64,000 bases of DNA. Origin: Candidatus Nomurabacteria bacterium. GTDB lineage: Bacteria; Patescibacteriota; Minisyncoccia; Phycocordibacterales; UBA9973. Position 1 is the first letter of the stretch. Each line of letters begins with the position of its first letter. Shown here piece by piece: positions 37,328 through 46,503 of this stretch. The notes below the pieces were generated by a model, which had not been told where the DNA came from, made no database searches, and saw only the letters and a list, made by a program, of their open reading frames with translations. Both the position numbers and the translations under genes were made by a program. The stretch is taken from positions 264,708 to 328,707 of the forward strand of contig CAWJHU010000001.1 in assembly GCA_963842815.1 (NCBI GenBank), given 5' to 3'.

Positions 37328-40267
37328 TTAAGAGGTCGGAGTTGTTGTTGTAGTGGTATCTGTTGCTGGCGTTGTAGTTGTATCTGTTGAAGAATTGGTA
37401 TCGGTAGAAGTTGTATCTGAAGGTGGGGTGGTTGTATCTGTACTTTCCGTAGTTGTGGTGCTTCCTACCGTTACGGTTCTAGTGACCGGCGTTGCCGAAT
37501 GTCCGACCGAATCTGTTGCAGTGTAGGTGATGGTGTAAGTGCCGGCAGTGGATGTGTCAACCGAACCGTTTACCACCACAGCCACATCACCTTCTTTTTC
37601 TGTGGCTACTGCTCCGGCTTCATTATAAGTTGCTCCGATATCCAAGACTACTGTTGTTTCTCCGTTGAGAGTAATAACCGGTACATCCACATCTCCGGAA
37701 GAAATCGTTCCACCTGCTAAGGTAGAACTATCTGATGACGGAGGCAACGCCTCCGTAATGGGGGTGGTAGAAATAAGTGCTGTAGCTGGGGCGCATTCTC
37801 CGAGCGTGGTTTTAGCTTCTCCGTTTACTATAGAGAAACAATTTGGATTGCCGTTTGCTTCATCATAAAGAGTTATGCCGGTAGGTTTTTCCGGACTTCC
37901 GATTTTCAATGCATCCACCACTAAAGATTTCATATAAGCTACGCCGTCTTGAACTTTTACCAGCGCGTCGCTGAAGAAAGAAACAGCATCTTGGCCGAGC
38001 GTGTCGGTAATAATTTGGCCTTTATTCAAATTTTCTATTTGCAGATTTAATTCTTTGATGGAAGCCATTAATAATCCATTCACTGATACTTGGTCAATGG
38101 TATTACCCCACATAAATGCCGGGTCAACTTCATCAGCTATAAATCCGATGCGAACTTTAGCCAGAGGAGAATCGGTGCCATAACCATTAACTTCGTTTTT
38201 ATAACGGAAAGTGTGAAGCGGCGCAGTTAGCACCATATTGAGAGCATCGCTATAATCAGTGTAATCTTTGATATCTTGTTTTGTATTTCTGGTGGAAGTT
38301 TGAGTGCCGATAACTATGCCGGATGTATCATTGGCGCTGGAAGGAGCGGAGTCGCTAACTCTCATATTTCCGGCAGAATCTTGCCAAACATAGCCGGCTC
38401 CGCCGGATTTGTTTAGGAAATTAATAGAACCGGCGGCAGGATCGGTAGTATTTATATTTATACCAAGAGTAATTGTTGGTCCGGCTGTTCCGTCACCTAA
38501 ATCGGAAGAGCCGATTTCTAATACGGTGCTTGGTGTTGCCGTCCCGATACCGATGTTGCCTGAAGAATCAACGACCAGATTTTTCTCTCCGATGGTTAAA
38601 GTATCGGCCGTTAATTTGCCGGTAAAACTAGCGTCGCCATTTTCATTCAAAGTAAAAATATCCGCGCCATTTTGGTTTTTAAAAATCAAACCTTCCGGAT
38701 TACCCGGGCCCTCGGTGATTTTAAAGTTGTTGGCAAAAACTACATCGCCGAAGAACTGGGCGGTTGAAGTGGTGCTATTATTGCCGAGCTGAATCTCACT
38801 AGAGGAAATACCTAAACCAACTTGGTAAGAAGTAGGGGTCGTAGTTAAATTGCCATTGGAATCAACATAATATATTGAACCTGGGGTTAAACCTGTCAAA
38901 CCGTCAGCCACTCCGGAAATAATTACCGGCACACTTTGCCCAGATGAGGTGGTAGTTTTTACTATGCCGACAAATTTTCCAGATGAAGAATAATTAATAA
39001 TAGACTCGCCACTAGTACTGCCACCTCTATTATAAATTACCACGAAATGGGAGGAATCAAGATTGGCTATGGAAATATAATTAGTAGTAGTAGTGCCATT
39101 AAATATAACAGCCGCATTAGGGTAAGTAATAGTTGTACCGGAAGAAACTAGTCCTACTATACTGGCACCATAACCACTAATATTGGCATAAGCTACTGCA
39201 AAATGAGTGGCATCAAGCATTGCCACAGAAATATATGAGGTGGTAGCAGAATTAAAAGCAAGAATTGCACCGTAAGTAATAGTCGTACCGGAAATTGAAC
39301 CTGCTCTGGCAGCACCAAAATCGGTAGCATTATACCAAGCCACCACAAAGTGGGTGGTATCAAGCGTTGCCACGGAATTATATGTAGTGGTAGCATTGGA
39401 CGAAAATTGAACAGGTGTTGTGCCGTAAGTAATGGTGGTGCCAGAAATAGAATTCGCTTTGGCCCAACCGTAACCGGTACTGGTAACCGTATAAGCCACC
39501 ACGAAATTATTGGCACCAAAGGCGGCTACTGAAATATTTGAACAGGCAACAGACCCATCAAAACTAGAAGCTGCAGTAAAAAAGGAAAAGGTTGTACCGG
39601 AAGAAATTAATCCCACCCTGGCAGCACCATAATCGGTAGCATTATACCAAGCCACTACGAAACTAGAAGAACTAAGCGTGGCTACGGAAATATATGAAGT
39701 GGCAACAGAAGCCGAAAATTGAACAGCTGCACCGTAGGCAATGACATTACCGCTGGAAACGGTACCTATAATGGCAGTACCATAAGTGGTACCATTATAA
39801 TAAGCTACCACGAAACTAGAAGAACTAAGCGCAGATACGGAAATATAGGTAGTGGTAGTACCATTGAATGTAAGAGGTGAACCATAAGAAATAGTTGTGC
39901 CGGAAATTGAGCCGATAACGGCGAGGCCAAGGCTGTTTTTAGTATCTGCATAAGCCACCACGAAGTGAGTGGAATCAAGTACAGCTGCAGAAAAAGGGCT
40001 TGTTGGGTTAATATCTGTAAATGCAGCAACTACACCATAAGAAGAAATGGTCGTGTCGCCGTTAGTAAGACCCACAATAGCATTGCCATAATTGTTAGTA
40101 CCAGCGGAATAGTTTGCCACAAAATGGGTGGAATCAAGTGCGGCTATGGAATCATAATCATTACTAGAAACAGAATAAAAAGCAACACCTGCGCCGGTAG
40201 TAATAGTTGTACCGGAGACCAGTCCCACCCTAGCGGCGTGAATATTATTCGCATAATAGTTTACCAC
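37328..40267 (-). CDS. C-terminal part of a giant tail-fibre-like surface protein: ~14 tandem ~45-aa beta repeats, intramolecular-chaperone (Peptidase_S74-like) domain, Ig-like (DUF5011/HYR-like) domain, Thr/Ser-rich tail; probably one gene with 40245..43883, split by a 1-nt frameshift
   Basis: Repeats of type YG.A.VG..SGTTITYG...F....TTYISVA.LDS.HFVVAY. Chaperone-like segment NTKQDIKDYTDYSDALNMVLTAPLHTFRYKNE...RIGFIADEVDPAFMWGN...SVNGLLMASIKELNLQI matches the C-terminal intramolecular chaperone of phage tail fibres/endosialidases. In-frame REP-C copy at 37737-37758. Confidence 0.6.
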   Translation of the reverse strand: MVNYYANNIHAARVGLVSGTTITTGAGVAFYSVSSNDYDSIAALDSTHFVANYSAGTNNYGNAIVGLTNGDTTISSYGVVAAFTDINPTSPFSAAVLDSTHFVVAYADTKNSLGLAVIGSISGTTISYGSPLTFNGTTTTYISVSALSSSSFVVAYYNGTTYGTAIIGTVSSGNVIAYGAAVQFSASVATSYISVATLSSSSFVVAWYNATDYGAARVGLISSGTTFSFFTAASSFDGSVACSNISVAAFGANNFVVAYTVTSTGYGWAKANSISGTTITYGTTPVQFSSNATTTYNSVATLDTTHFVVAWYNATDFGAARAGSISGTTITYGAILAFNSATTSYISVAMLDATHFAVAYANISGYGASIVGLVSSGTTITYPNAAVIFNGTTTTNYISIANLDSSHFVVIYNRGGSTSGESIINYSSSGKFVGIVKTTTSSGQSVPVIISGVADGLTGLTPGSIYYVDSNGNLTTTPTSYQVGLGISSSEIQLGNNSTTSTAQFFGDVVFANNFKITEGPGNPEGLIFKNQNGADIFTLNENGDASFTGKLTADTLTIGEKNLVVDSSGNIGIGTATPSTVLEIGSSDLGDGTAGPTITLGININTTDPAAGSINFLNKSGGAGYVWQDSAGNMRVSDSAPSSANDTSGIVIGTQTSTRNTKQDIKDYTDYSDALNMVLTAPLHTFRYKNEVNGYGTDSPLAKVRIGFIADEVDPAFMWGNTIDQVSVNGLLMASIKELNLQIENLNKGQIITDTLGQDAVSFFSDALVKVQDGVAYMKSLVVDALKIGSPEKPTGITLYDEANGNPNCFSIVNGEAKTTLGECAPATALISTTPITEALPPSSDSSTLAGGTISSGDVDVPVITLNGETTVVLDIGATYNEAGAVATEKEGDVAVVVNGSVDTSTAGTYTITYTATDSVGHSATPVTRTVTVGSTTTTESTDTTTPPSDTTSTDTNSSTDTTTTPATDTTTTTTPTS
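37737..37758. repeat. REP-C palindrome copy in-frame within the giant gene (encodes ..TEALPPS..)
   Basis: gacggaggcaacgcctccgtaa. Confidence 0.65.
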
Positions 40268-43200
40268 AAAATGAGCAGTATCGAGTGCATCTACAGAAGG
40301 GTGATAGCAAGTAACACCACCACCAGGCGAAAATATAACACCTGCGCTGGGTAGTAATAGTTGTACCGGAGACTAGTCCTACCCTAGCGGTACCGTAATT
40401 ACTGTTGTCATCATAAACCATCACGAAATGAGCGGAGTCAAGCTTGGCCAGAGAAAAATTTTGTATACTGGTGGCAGTGGAAGAAAGAGATGCCGTGGGA
40501 AAGGAAAAGGTTGTACCGGAAGAAATTAATCCCACCATAGTGTAACCTTTGTAATCGCTAGTAGTAGTATTAGAAAAACCCACCACAAAGTGGGCAGAAT
40601 CAAGCGCAACTACGGCAATATAAGTAGTAGTAGTGCCATTAAATATAACACCTGAACCAAAAGAAGAAATAGTTATATTGCCATCAGTAACACCCACCTT
40701 AGCCGTACCCCAATGATTGGCAGTATCATCATAAGCTACCGCAAAATAAGTAGAGCTAATCGCGGCTACAGAAATATAACTATTGGTAGTAGAATTGAAA
40801 TTTTTAATTCCGCCAAAAGAGGAAATAGTTACAGAACCGTCAGTAGTACCCACTATAGCATTGCCGTAAGTGCTTGCGTCATTATAAGCCACTACGAAAT
40901 GAGTGGAATTAAGTGCAGATACGGAAATACAAGTAGTGGTATTAGTATTGAAAATAAAAGGTATACCAAAAGTAATAGTTGTACCAGAAACTGAACCAAC
41001 AATAGCTGTACCATAACTATTGGAATCAGTATAAGTTACCACGAAATGGGAGGAATCAAGCTTGGTTGCGTAAGTAGAAGTTACTCTAACGAGAGAAGGA
41101 ATTTTAGTGATTGAGCTTGAAGATATTCCTCCAGGAAAGGCACCACCACTCTTCTTTACTTGATTGTTAATATATTGGACAACATCTCCGGCATTTAGAT
41201 TTTCGCCGGCGGTAAAGTTTTCGGTGAGTTGTTTAAGATTATCCCAACTCATAACGCCAGAACCGTTGGTGGTAAGAGCTTGTCCGCTTGTGCCGTCAGC
41301 GCTAGGCAAAGTATAGGTAGTTGAACCTGCGGCAGCAGCGGCAGTCAGCCCGACATATCCGGAACCTGAACCATCTAAGCGAAGAGCTCCATTCACATCC
41401 AATTTACTCCCTGGCGTCGTTGTTCCAATCCCCACATTGCCCGCGTAGGTTCCTGCTCCGAAGAAACTGGCGATGGTCGTTCCGCCACTGTTTCCGCCTT
41501 TGATGTAAACTGCGTCACCAGAACCAGTCCCGCTGGTGCTGGTAAGAGAAAGAGTGCTTCCTCCCGCTGTGCCACCGTAAATAATAGGAGTAGTGGCAGA
41601 GGTAGTGAAGGTTGGAGTGACAATGGTCGGTGAACCAGAAAAGACTACATTGGTACTTGTTGTTCCAGCTGTCCCTGTTGCACTGGTAAGGTAATTTAAT
41701 TTGGTAGAAGTGGAAGTCAAAGCCACCGCTTCATTCACATTCGGAGAAGTCAAAGTTTTGTTGGTTAAGGTCTGGGTTCCATCTATGGTAACTACGCTGG
41801 TGGCAGTATTTGTCGGAGTGGTAATTTTCAAGGTTCCGGTGCCGAGAGTGAGTATGCCGGAAGTATGGGTCAAAACTACATTGGAGTTGGCATAATTAAT
41901 GACCGCCCCGCTGGCCAGAAACAAATCGGAGAAATTGTGGGTGATATCTCCCAAAGGCGCGCCGTCATCCGAGGTTGGAGATATTTCGGTGGTGATGGTG
42001 GGGGTGGTAAGGACGGGACTTTCCAAAAAAGCAAAAGTTTTTCTAGCAGCGCCGGTAGTAATAGTTCCATAATATTTATCTGTTAAAAATTCCACTGCTC
42101 CAGCTTCTGGGGCCGACAGAAGCGTTCCGCTGGTAAATTTTAACGGAGAGCTTCCGGCTGTTGCCGTGCCGGCTCTTAAATCAAGAGTTGCTGTGGGCGC
42201 AGAAGCCCCCAAACCGATGCCCACATTGCCATTTGTTCCAACCAAACGAAAATTTGTGGTGCCACCACTGCTGGCAATTGCCAAGCCACCGTCTTCCGGA
42301 GCAGTAATATTTCCTCTGCTGGTCGGATAACCGAAATATATTGCTCCCGCTTGGTCAAGAACGGCATTGCGGGTATATACATCATAGCCTCCATTCACTG
42401 TGATATCTCCGTTGGTAGTAATTCCACCATTCACATCCAAAGTATCGCCCGGATTGGTTGTTCCGATGCCCACATTGCCAGCCTTAAAATAAATGCCGGT
42501 GGTAGAAGAGGGGCCGATCCAGGATTCAGCCGGAGTGATGAGAGGATTGATTTGATTAAAGGTGTTGGAGGTATTTGTATAGACTCCATTGGTTACCGAG
42601 CCGGCATTTCCGGAAATACTTGAATCGGTAAAGGCGAATTGTTTTCTGGCCGCACCGGTAGTAATGGTTCCATAAAATTTATCGCTGTTGAATTCTACCG
42701 CCCCAGCCTCGGGGGCTGAGAGAAGAGTTCCGTCAGTGAATTTCAGTGGCGCAGTTCCTGCTGAAGCTGTGCCTGCTTTCAAGTTAAGAACTGCGGAAGG
42801 GGAAGGAACGCCGACGCCTACATTGCCCGCAGAATTAACCACAAGCTTTGCCGTGCCGTCTGTTATTAAGGATAACATTCCCGCTCCGTCCCCTCCGATG
42901 CCGGTGGTTCCGTCGGAAGCAATTCCGAATGAGGTTCTGTTAATGGTAGGATTATTATCTGCCGCAAATTGTCCAGTAGTAACAAAATTGCCTCCGCCGG
43001 TTATATAGGCCACTCTGGTGGATGCGCTATTCCATTCCATAATAGAATTGCCGTCAGTGCTGTTGCTTCGAACCACCAGAGCGGTAGGTCCGATGCCCGT
43101 CCCGCTTAAATCGCGAAACCATAAGCCGGTGCCCGGATAATCTTTTGATTCTACGCTTAGAGCGCTTGTTGACCCGGTAGGAATAGTAATGCCATTTTTA

Positions 43201-43883
43201 AAATCTTGGGCCTGAGAAGTTGCGCCTGTAATCGAACCATCCGCCAGCAGAACGCCGGACACATCACTACCGGCGATCGTATCCCAAGCGGGAATAGCAC
43301 CATTAGTGCCATCACCTGTCATCCTAAGGAATTTTTTTGTAATGGTTGTGTTTGGAGTTAGAAGGGTAGTGGTATTTGTGTCCGATTGATATGGAATAGA
43401 GCCAAGCAGGGTAGTGGGATTTCCGCCAATGATATTCAATGCGGTTTCGGACACTACAGCAGCAGGAACAGCGCCAAGTTTTTTGCGTGGAACCATTTCT
43501 CCATCGCTTTCAATATTCACGCCCAAATAAAGTGTTTGGTTGAAATTAACTCCGGTCAGGGGAGTAACTTCTCCCAACATCACGCTAAAGAGTCCGCTGG
43601 TCACTTGCACTTTATCTCCTCCGGTCCTGGTTTCTGTCCACAAAAGATGTGCGGGTGAATCGCTTAAAGTCGGGTCATTATACAATTTAAATTCCATACT
43701 GTAAGTGCCGTTTGGAACAGCTATCCCGAGACTGTTGGTAAGTTTACCCTGATAATTTATTTGCTTATTTATCTGAGCGGAAACATTTGTGAATGGGGAA
43801 AGTATAAAAATTAAAATAAACAAACAACAAATTAAAAAATTTATTAAATAAAATCTTTCTTTTTTTGTAAATAAAATCTTCAT
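40245..43883 (-). CDS. N-terminal part of the giant tail-fibre-like surface protein (signal/anchor, internally duplicated ~200-aa modules, start of the ~45-aa repeat array)
   Basis: N-terminal MKILFTKKERFYLINFLICCLFILIFILSPFTNVSAQ; duplicated blocks AGTAPLKFTDGTLLSAPEAGAVEFNSDKFYGTITTGAARKQFAF / AGSSPLKFTSGTLLSAPEAGAVEFLTDKYYGTITTGAARKTFAF. The last ~45 aa (QRRCYIFAWWWCYLL...) are out-of-frame sequence after a 1-nt insertion near 40343. Confidence 0.6.
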   Translation of the reverse strand: MKILFTKKERFYLINFLICCLFILIFILSPFTNVSAQINKQINYQGKLTNSLGIAVPNGTYSMEFKLYNDPTLSDSPAHLLWTETRTGGDKVQVTSGLFSVMLGEVTPLTGVNFNQTLYLGVNIESDGEMVPRKKLGAVPAAVVSETALNIIGGNPTTLLGSIPYQSDTNTTTLLTPNTTITKKFLRMTGDGTNGAIPAWDTIAGSDVSGVLLADGSITGATSQAQDFKNGITIPTGSTSALSVESKDYPGTGLWFRDLSGTGIGPTALVVRSNSTDGNSIMEWNSASTRVAYITGGGNFVTTGQFAADNNPTINRTSFGIASDGTTGIGGDGAGMLSLITDGTAKLVVNSAGNVGVGVPSPSAVLNLKAGTASAGTAPLKFTDGTLLSAPEAGAVEFNSDKFYGTITTGAARKQFAFTDSSISGNAGSVTNGVYTNTSNTFNQINPLITPAESWIGPSSTTGIYFKAGNVGIGTTNPGDTLDVNGGITTNGDITVNGGYDVYTRNAVLDQAGAIYFGYPTSRGNITAPEDGGLAIASSGGTTNFRLVGTNGNVGIGLGASAPTATLDLRAGTATAGSSPLKFTSGTLLSAPEAGAVEFLTDKYYGTITTGAARKTFAFLESPVLTTPTITTEISPTSDDGAPLGDITHNFSDLFLASGAVINYANSNVVLTHTSGILTLGTGTLKITTPTNTATSVVTIDGTQTLTNKTLTSPNVNEAVALTSTSTKLNYLTSATGTAGTTSTNVVFSGSPTIVTPTFTTSATTPIIYGGTAGGSTLSLTSTSGTGSGDAVYIKGGNSGGTTIASFFGAGTYAGNVGIGTTTPGSKLDVNGALRLDGSGSGYVGLTAAAAAGSTTYTLPSADGTSGQALTTNGSGVMSWDNLKQLTENFTAGENLNAGDVVQYINNQVKKSGGAFPGGISSSSITKIPSLVRVTSTYATKLDSSHFVVTYTDSNSYGTAIVGSVSGTTITFGIPFIFNTNTTTCISVSALNSTHFVVAYNDASTYGNAIVGTTDGSVTISSFGGIKNFNSTTNSYISVAAISSTYFAVAYDDTANHWGTAKVGVTDGNITISSFGSGVIFNGTTTTYIAVVALDSAHFVVGFSNTTTSDYKGYTMVGLISSGTTFSFPTASLSSTATSIQNFSLAKLDSAHFVMVYDDNSNYGTARVGLVSGTTITTQRRCYIFAWWWCYLLSPFCRCTRYCSFCGKLLCE

Positions 43884-43886
43884 TTA

Positions 43887-44267
43887 CTAATTTATTGCCT
43901 CTGGGTCGGGGGAGAGCGTTTTTTTTCCTTCCTCCAAAATTACTTTGCTATTTTTATCATGAAAATAAATTCCAAGCAGAAAAATACCCAGAAAAATAAT
44001 TCCGGTCAATATCAAAATTTTTTGGGTTCTTTTTCGGGAGAAAAATTCTCCAACGGCAAATTTTCTATGACGGATTTTTTGCTTAAAAATGTAATCTTTT
44101 ATCTCTTCTTCGGTGGTGAACCAATTGCCTCCGACTTTTTCGCCTTTTATCTCTCCTTTGCGGATTAAAGCGCTTAAATAGTCCGAATGATATCCGGTAA
44201 TCCTGGATGCCTGGCTCAGAGAGATAACTTTTTTAATATTTTCCATTTCTACAAAGATATATAACAA
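43887..44267 (-). CDS. small HTH (excisionase/MerR-like) DNA-binding protein with C-terminal TM helix
   Basis: KVISLSQASRITGYHSDYLSALIRKGEIKGEKVGGNWFTTEEEIKDYI is HTH-like; hydrophobic ILILTGIIFLGIFLLGIYF follows. Alternative start MENIKK at 44246. Confidence 0.4.
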   Translation of the reverse strand: MLYIFVEMENIKKVISLSQASRITGYHSDYLSALIRKGEIKGEKVGGNWFTTEEEIKDYIFKQKIRHRKFAVGEFFSRKRTQKILILTGIIFLGIFLLGIYFHDKNSKVILEEGKKTLSPDPEAIN

Positions 44268-44393
44268 CTTCTCGGGTACCCGATATGCAGAAAAATGGAA
44301 TCTCGGCTATCCGATATTTATTTATACCCTTATATTATAGTGGATAATGCACAGCATATCAACTAGTTATCCACAGATGGAGATTATTCTTAT

Positions 44394-45707
44394 CTAAGCC
44401 TTATTTTGTTGAGTTTTTTGCCTAGTTTTTAGGAAAAATCCTATTAAAAATAGTATTAACAAAATGACAATTATGTAAATATAGTAATCAATGTAAATAT
44501 TACCATAGGGCTCTTCAACCACTGGCGGTATGTTTTCTCTGACATTCAGCAATCCTTCGCTTATTATTGTTTGCACATCATCTTTATATCTAAAAATTTC
44601 CACGTTGTAAGTCCCGGCTTTTCCCAACGGGGGAATGACGCTCTGATAGCGTCCGCTGTCCAGATTAAATGAAAATAAATATTGTCCGAAGAGTTTTCCG
44701 TTTTCATCAGTGATGGTCATAAAGTCGTCCGGCAAAGTTTTTGAATTTGTATCAATGACAGTATCTTTGTCATTGTCTATGGTAATAGCTTTGGCGCTCA
44801 CAAGCGGTTCAACCAGCTGATTGTATTGGTGCGCGAAAAAAGTTCCGGTAATAAAAACTTGAAGCGGTATCACTTCCGCCGGTTTTTGCGGAGGAATTGC
44901 CTCCGGAGAATAAGCCACCTGGGAAGCTCCCACTCCCACCGAAAAATTTCCTTTGGTATCTCTGGCAAATAATACATAAAAATATTTTTTGCCTGGGATG
45001 ACATCTTTATCCAGAAATTTTTCTGTAGAACCCTCATAGATTAATTTTCCCCAAAATGGGTCTCCATAAAAACGGTCTTCATGCCGCATAATGCGGATGT
45101 AGGAAAAATTATTATCGGGCGGATTCTGCCAGGTAATGGTGATGCCGGAAATATCCGCCGAAGTTTTTACATTGCGGGGACTCAGCGGGAAAATCGTATT
45201 GACTAAAAATTTTGTGAAGAAATAGATCGGCTGGGAAATATTAATTTTTCCGCTGGTGTCCCGGCTTTCAATGGTAAAATAATACATCGTTCCCGCCTTG
45301 AGATTTATTATTTCCATTTTGTGCTCTCTGGCAAAAATAACACTTTCCAGAGTTCCTTCCTGAACTTCGGTGGTTTGGCCCCATTTTATGGTACTAATGG
45401 TGCTGAGAGAACTGTCCCAGGAAATAACTGCGCTTGTAAAGCTTGGTTCTATGGACAAATTATATAGATAGATATTTTGCTCCGGCAATATGGTCATTCC
45501 GCCCGGAGGAGAAGGAGGAGTGGGGGCGGCACAATCCACAGGACAGCTGAGCGCCGTTTCGCCGGGTTCACATAGGCCGTTATTATTGCATCCGCTTACT
45601 CCCAAATTTACCTGAATATCGTCTGAAGCCGCAAAAACAGGGACAATATTAGCCCCCAGTAAAGATGCCAAAAAAAAGACATAAATAATTTTTCCGAATC
45701 TCTTCAT
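44394..45707 (-). CDS. secreted protein with Cys-rich N-terminal region, two fibronectin-III-like domains and C-terminal TM anchor
   Basis: Signal peptide; ...SAVISWDSS...YYFTIESRDTSG and ...ITITWQNPPDNNFSYIRIMRHED...YFYVLFARDTKGN FN3-like units; C-terminal IYIIVILLILFLIGFFL. Confidence 0.45.
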   Translation of the reverse strand: MKRFGKIIYVFFLASLLGANIVPVFAASDDIQVNLGVSGCNNNGLCEPGETALSCPVDCAAPTPPSPPGGMTILPEQNIYLYNLSIEPSFTSAVISWDSSLSTISTIKWGQTTEVQEGTLESVIFAREHKMEIINLKAGTMYYFTIESRDTSGKINISQPIYFFTKFLVNTIFPLSPRNVKTSADISGITITWQNPPDNNFSYIRIMRHEDRFYGDPFWGKLIYEGSTEKFLDKDVIPGKKYFYVLFARDTKGNFSVGVGASQVAYSPEAIPPQKPAEVIPLQVFITGTFFAHQYNQLVEPLVSAKAITIDNDKDTVIDTNSKTLPDDFMTITDENGKLFGQYLFSFNLDSGRYQSVIPPLGKAGTYNVEIFRYKDDVQTIISEGLLNVRENIPPVVEEPYGNIYIDYYIYIIVILLILFLIGFFLKTRQKTQQNKA

Positions 45708-45719
45708 AACTCTTCTATC

Positions 45720-46499
45720 TTATAACGTTATGGCAGTTACAACAATCGGAGCGGAATAATTTCCTGCCGGCTGAATATGATTGGCTCCTGATTCCGCGCG
45801 AAAACGAACAGTCACCGCATCTCCGCTGGGGTCGGTTCTAACTGTTTTTTGAGCTATTATTTTCGGCGAAAGAGAAAGTCCGTCCCAGCATTTGCTTTGA
45901 GTTTCTTCCGTTCCAGTATTGCATGTTGAACTATTATTATTTAAAAAACGAGCCGAGGTATCTGTTCCTTCCGGAGAAAATCCAAAAGCCGATGTGGAAG
46001 GGTCAATGGAAAAATTATAATCAGGGTCCGGACTGCTTGCTGGCACATAATCCGCAAAAGAATTGGAACCGGAAGTAAGCGCCGGGGTGCTATCAGTTTT
46101 TATATTCATGCTATAGCCGGCGGAGTTGTCCGTGTTTATCTGCCAAACCAGTGTTCCTTCGCTGGCCTCGCCGTTTATTCCGCCCATTGGGGCCAATACC
46201 AAATCGGAAGGAATGGTAACAGCAATATAACTTTCCTGCATCTGCCAAAAACCTGCATGCATATAATAGGTGTTGCTGTTTGAATTTCCGGTGCCAACTT
46301 CTCCGGCCGTATCGCCAAGCTTATATATTGAACTGGAAGAATCTGCTCCGCCGGCATTGATGGAATCGGAAGTTATTTTATAGGTGTTGCTGTGCATGGC
46401 TTCTGCCAGGACTAGGTAAAAAGGCAGCATTAAGAAAAGAATAAGTGAAAAAAGTACGGCACTTCTTTTTTTGTAAAAAGGCATAATAATTTTTTTCAT
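45720..46499 (-). CDS. secreted beta-rich protein, paralogue of 47500..48342 (WxL-like candidate)
   Basis: Signal peptide; shared block GTLVWQINTDNSAGYSMNIKTDSTPALTSGSNSFADY (compare SSSWTVKTNSTNGYTLAVKASASPALVSGGNSFADY in the paralogue). Confidence 0.45.
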   Translation of the reverse strand: MKKIIMPFYKKRSAVLFSLILFLMLPFYLVLAEAMHSNTYKITSDSINAGGADSSSSIYKLGDTAGEVGTGNSNSNTYYMHAGFWQMQESYIAVTIPSDLVLAPMGGINGEASEGTLVWQINTDNSAGYSMNIKTDSTPALTSGSNSFADYVPASSPDPDYNFSIDPSTSAFGFSPEGTDTSARFLNNNSSTCNTGTEETQSKCWDGLSLSPKIIAQKTVRTDPSGDAVTVRFRAESGANHIQPAGNYSAPIVVTAITL

Positions 46500-46503
46500 T
46501 TTC

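Noticed and set aside
41321-43658. Multiple 60-130 aa plus-strand ORFs (41321..41503, 41701..41895, 41865..42086, 42351..42623, 42688..43008, 43386..43658) opposite the giant gene
   Set aside because: They are antisense frames of a long repetitive gene and lack start-site context.
43905-43925. ctctgggtcgggggagagcg near the start of ORF 43887..44267, which superficially resembles the REP families
   Set aside because: It does not match the REP-A, REP-B or REP-C cores and is not palindromic.
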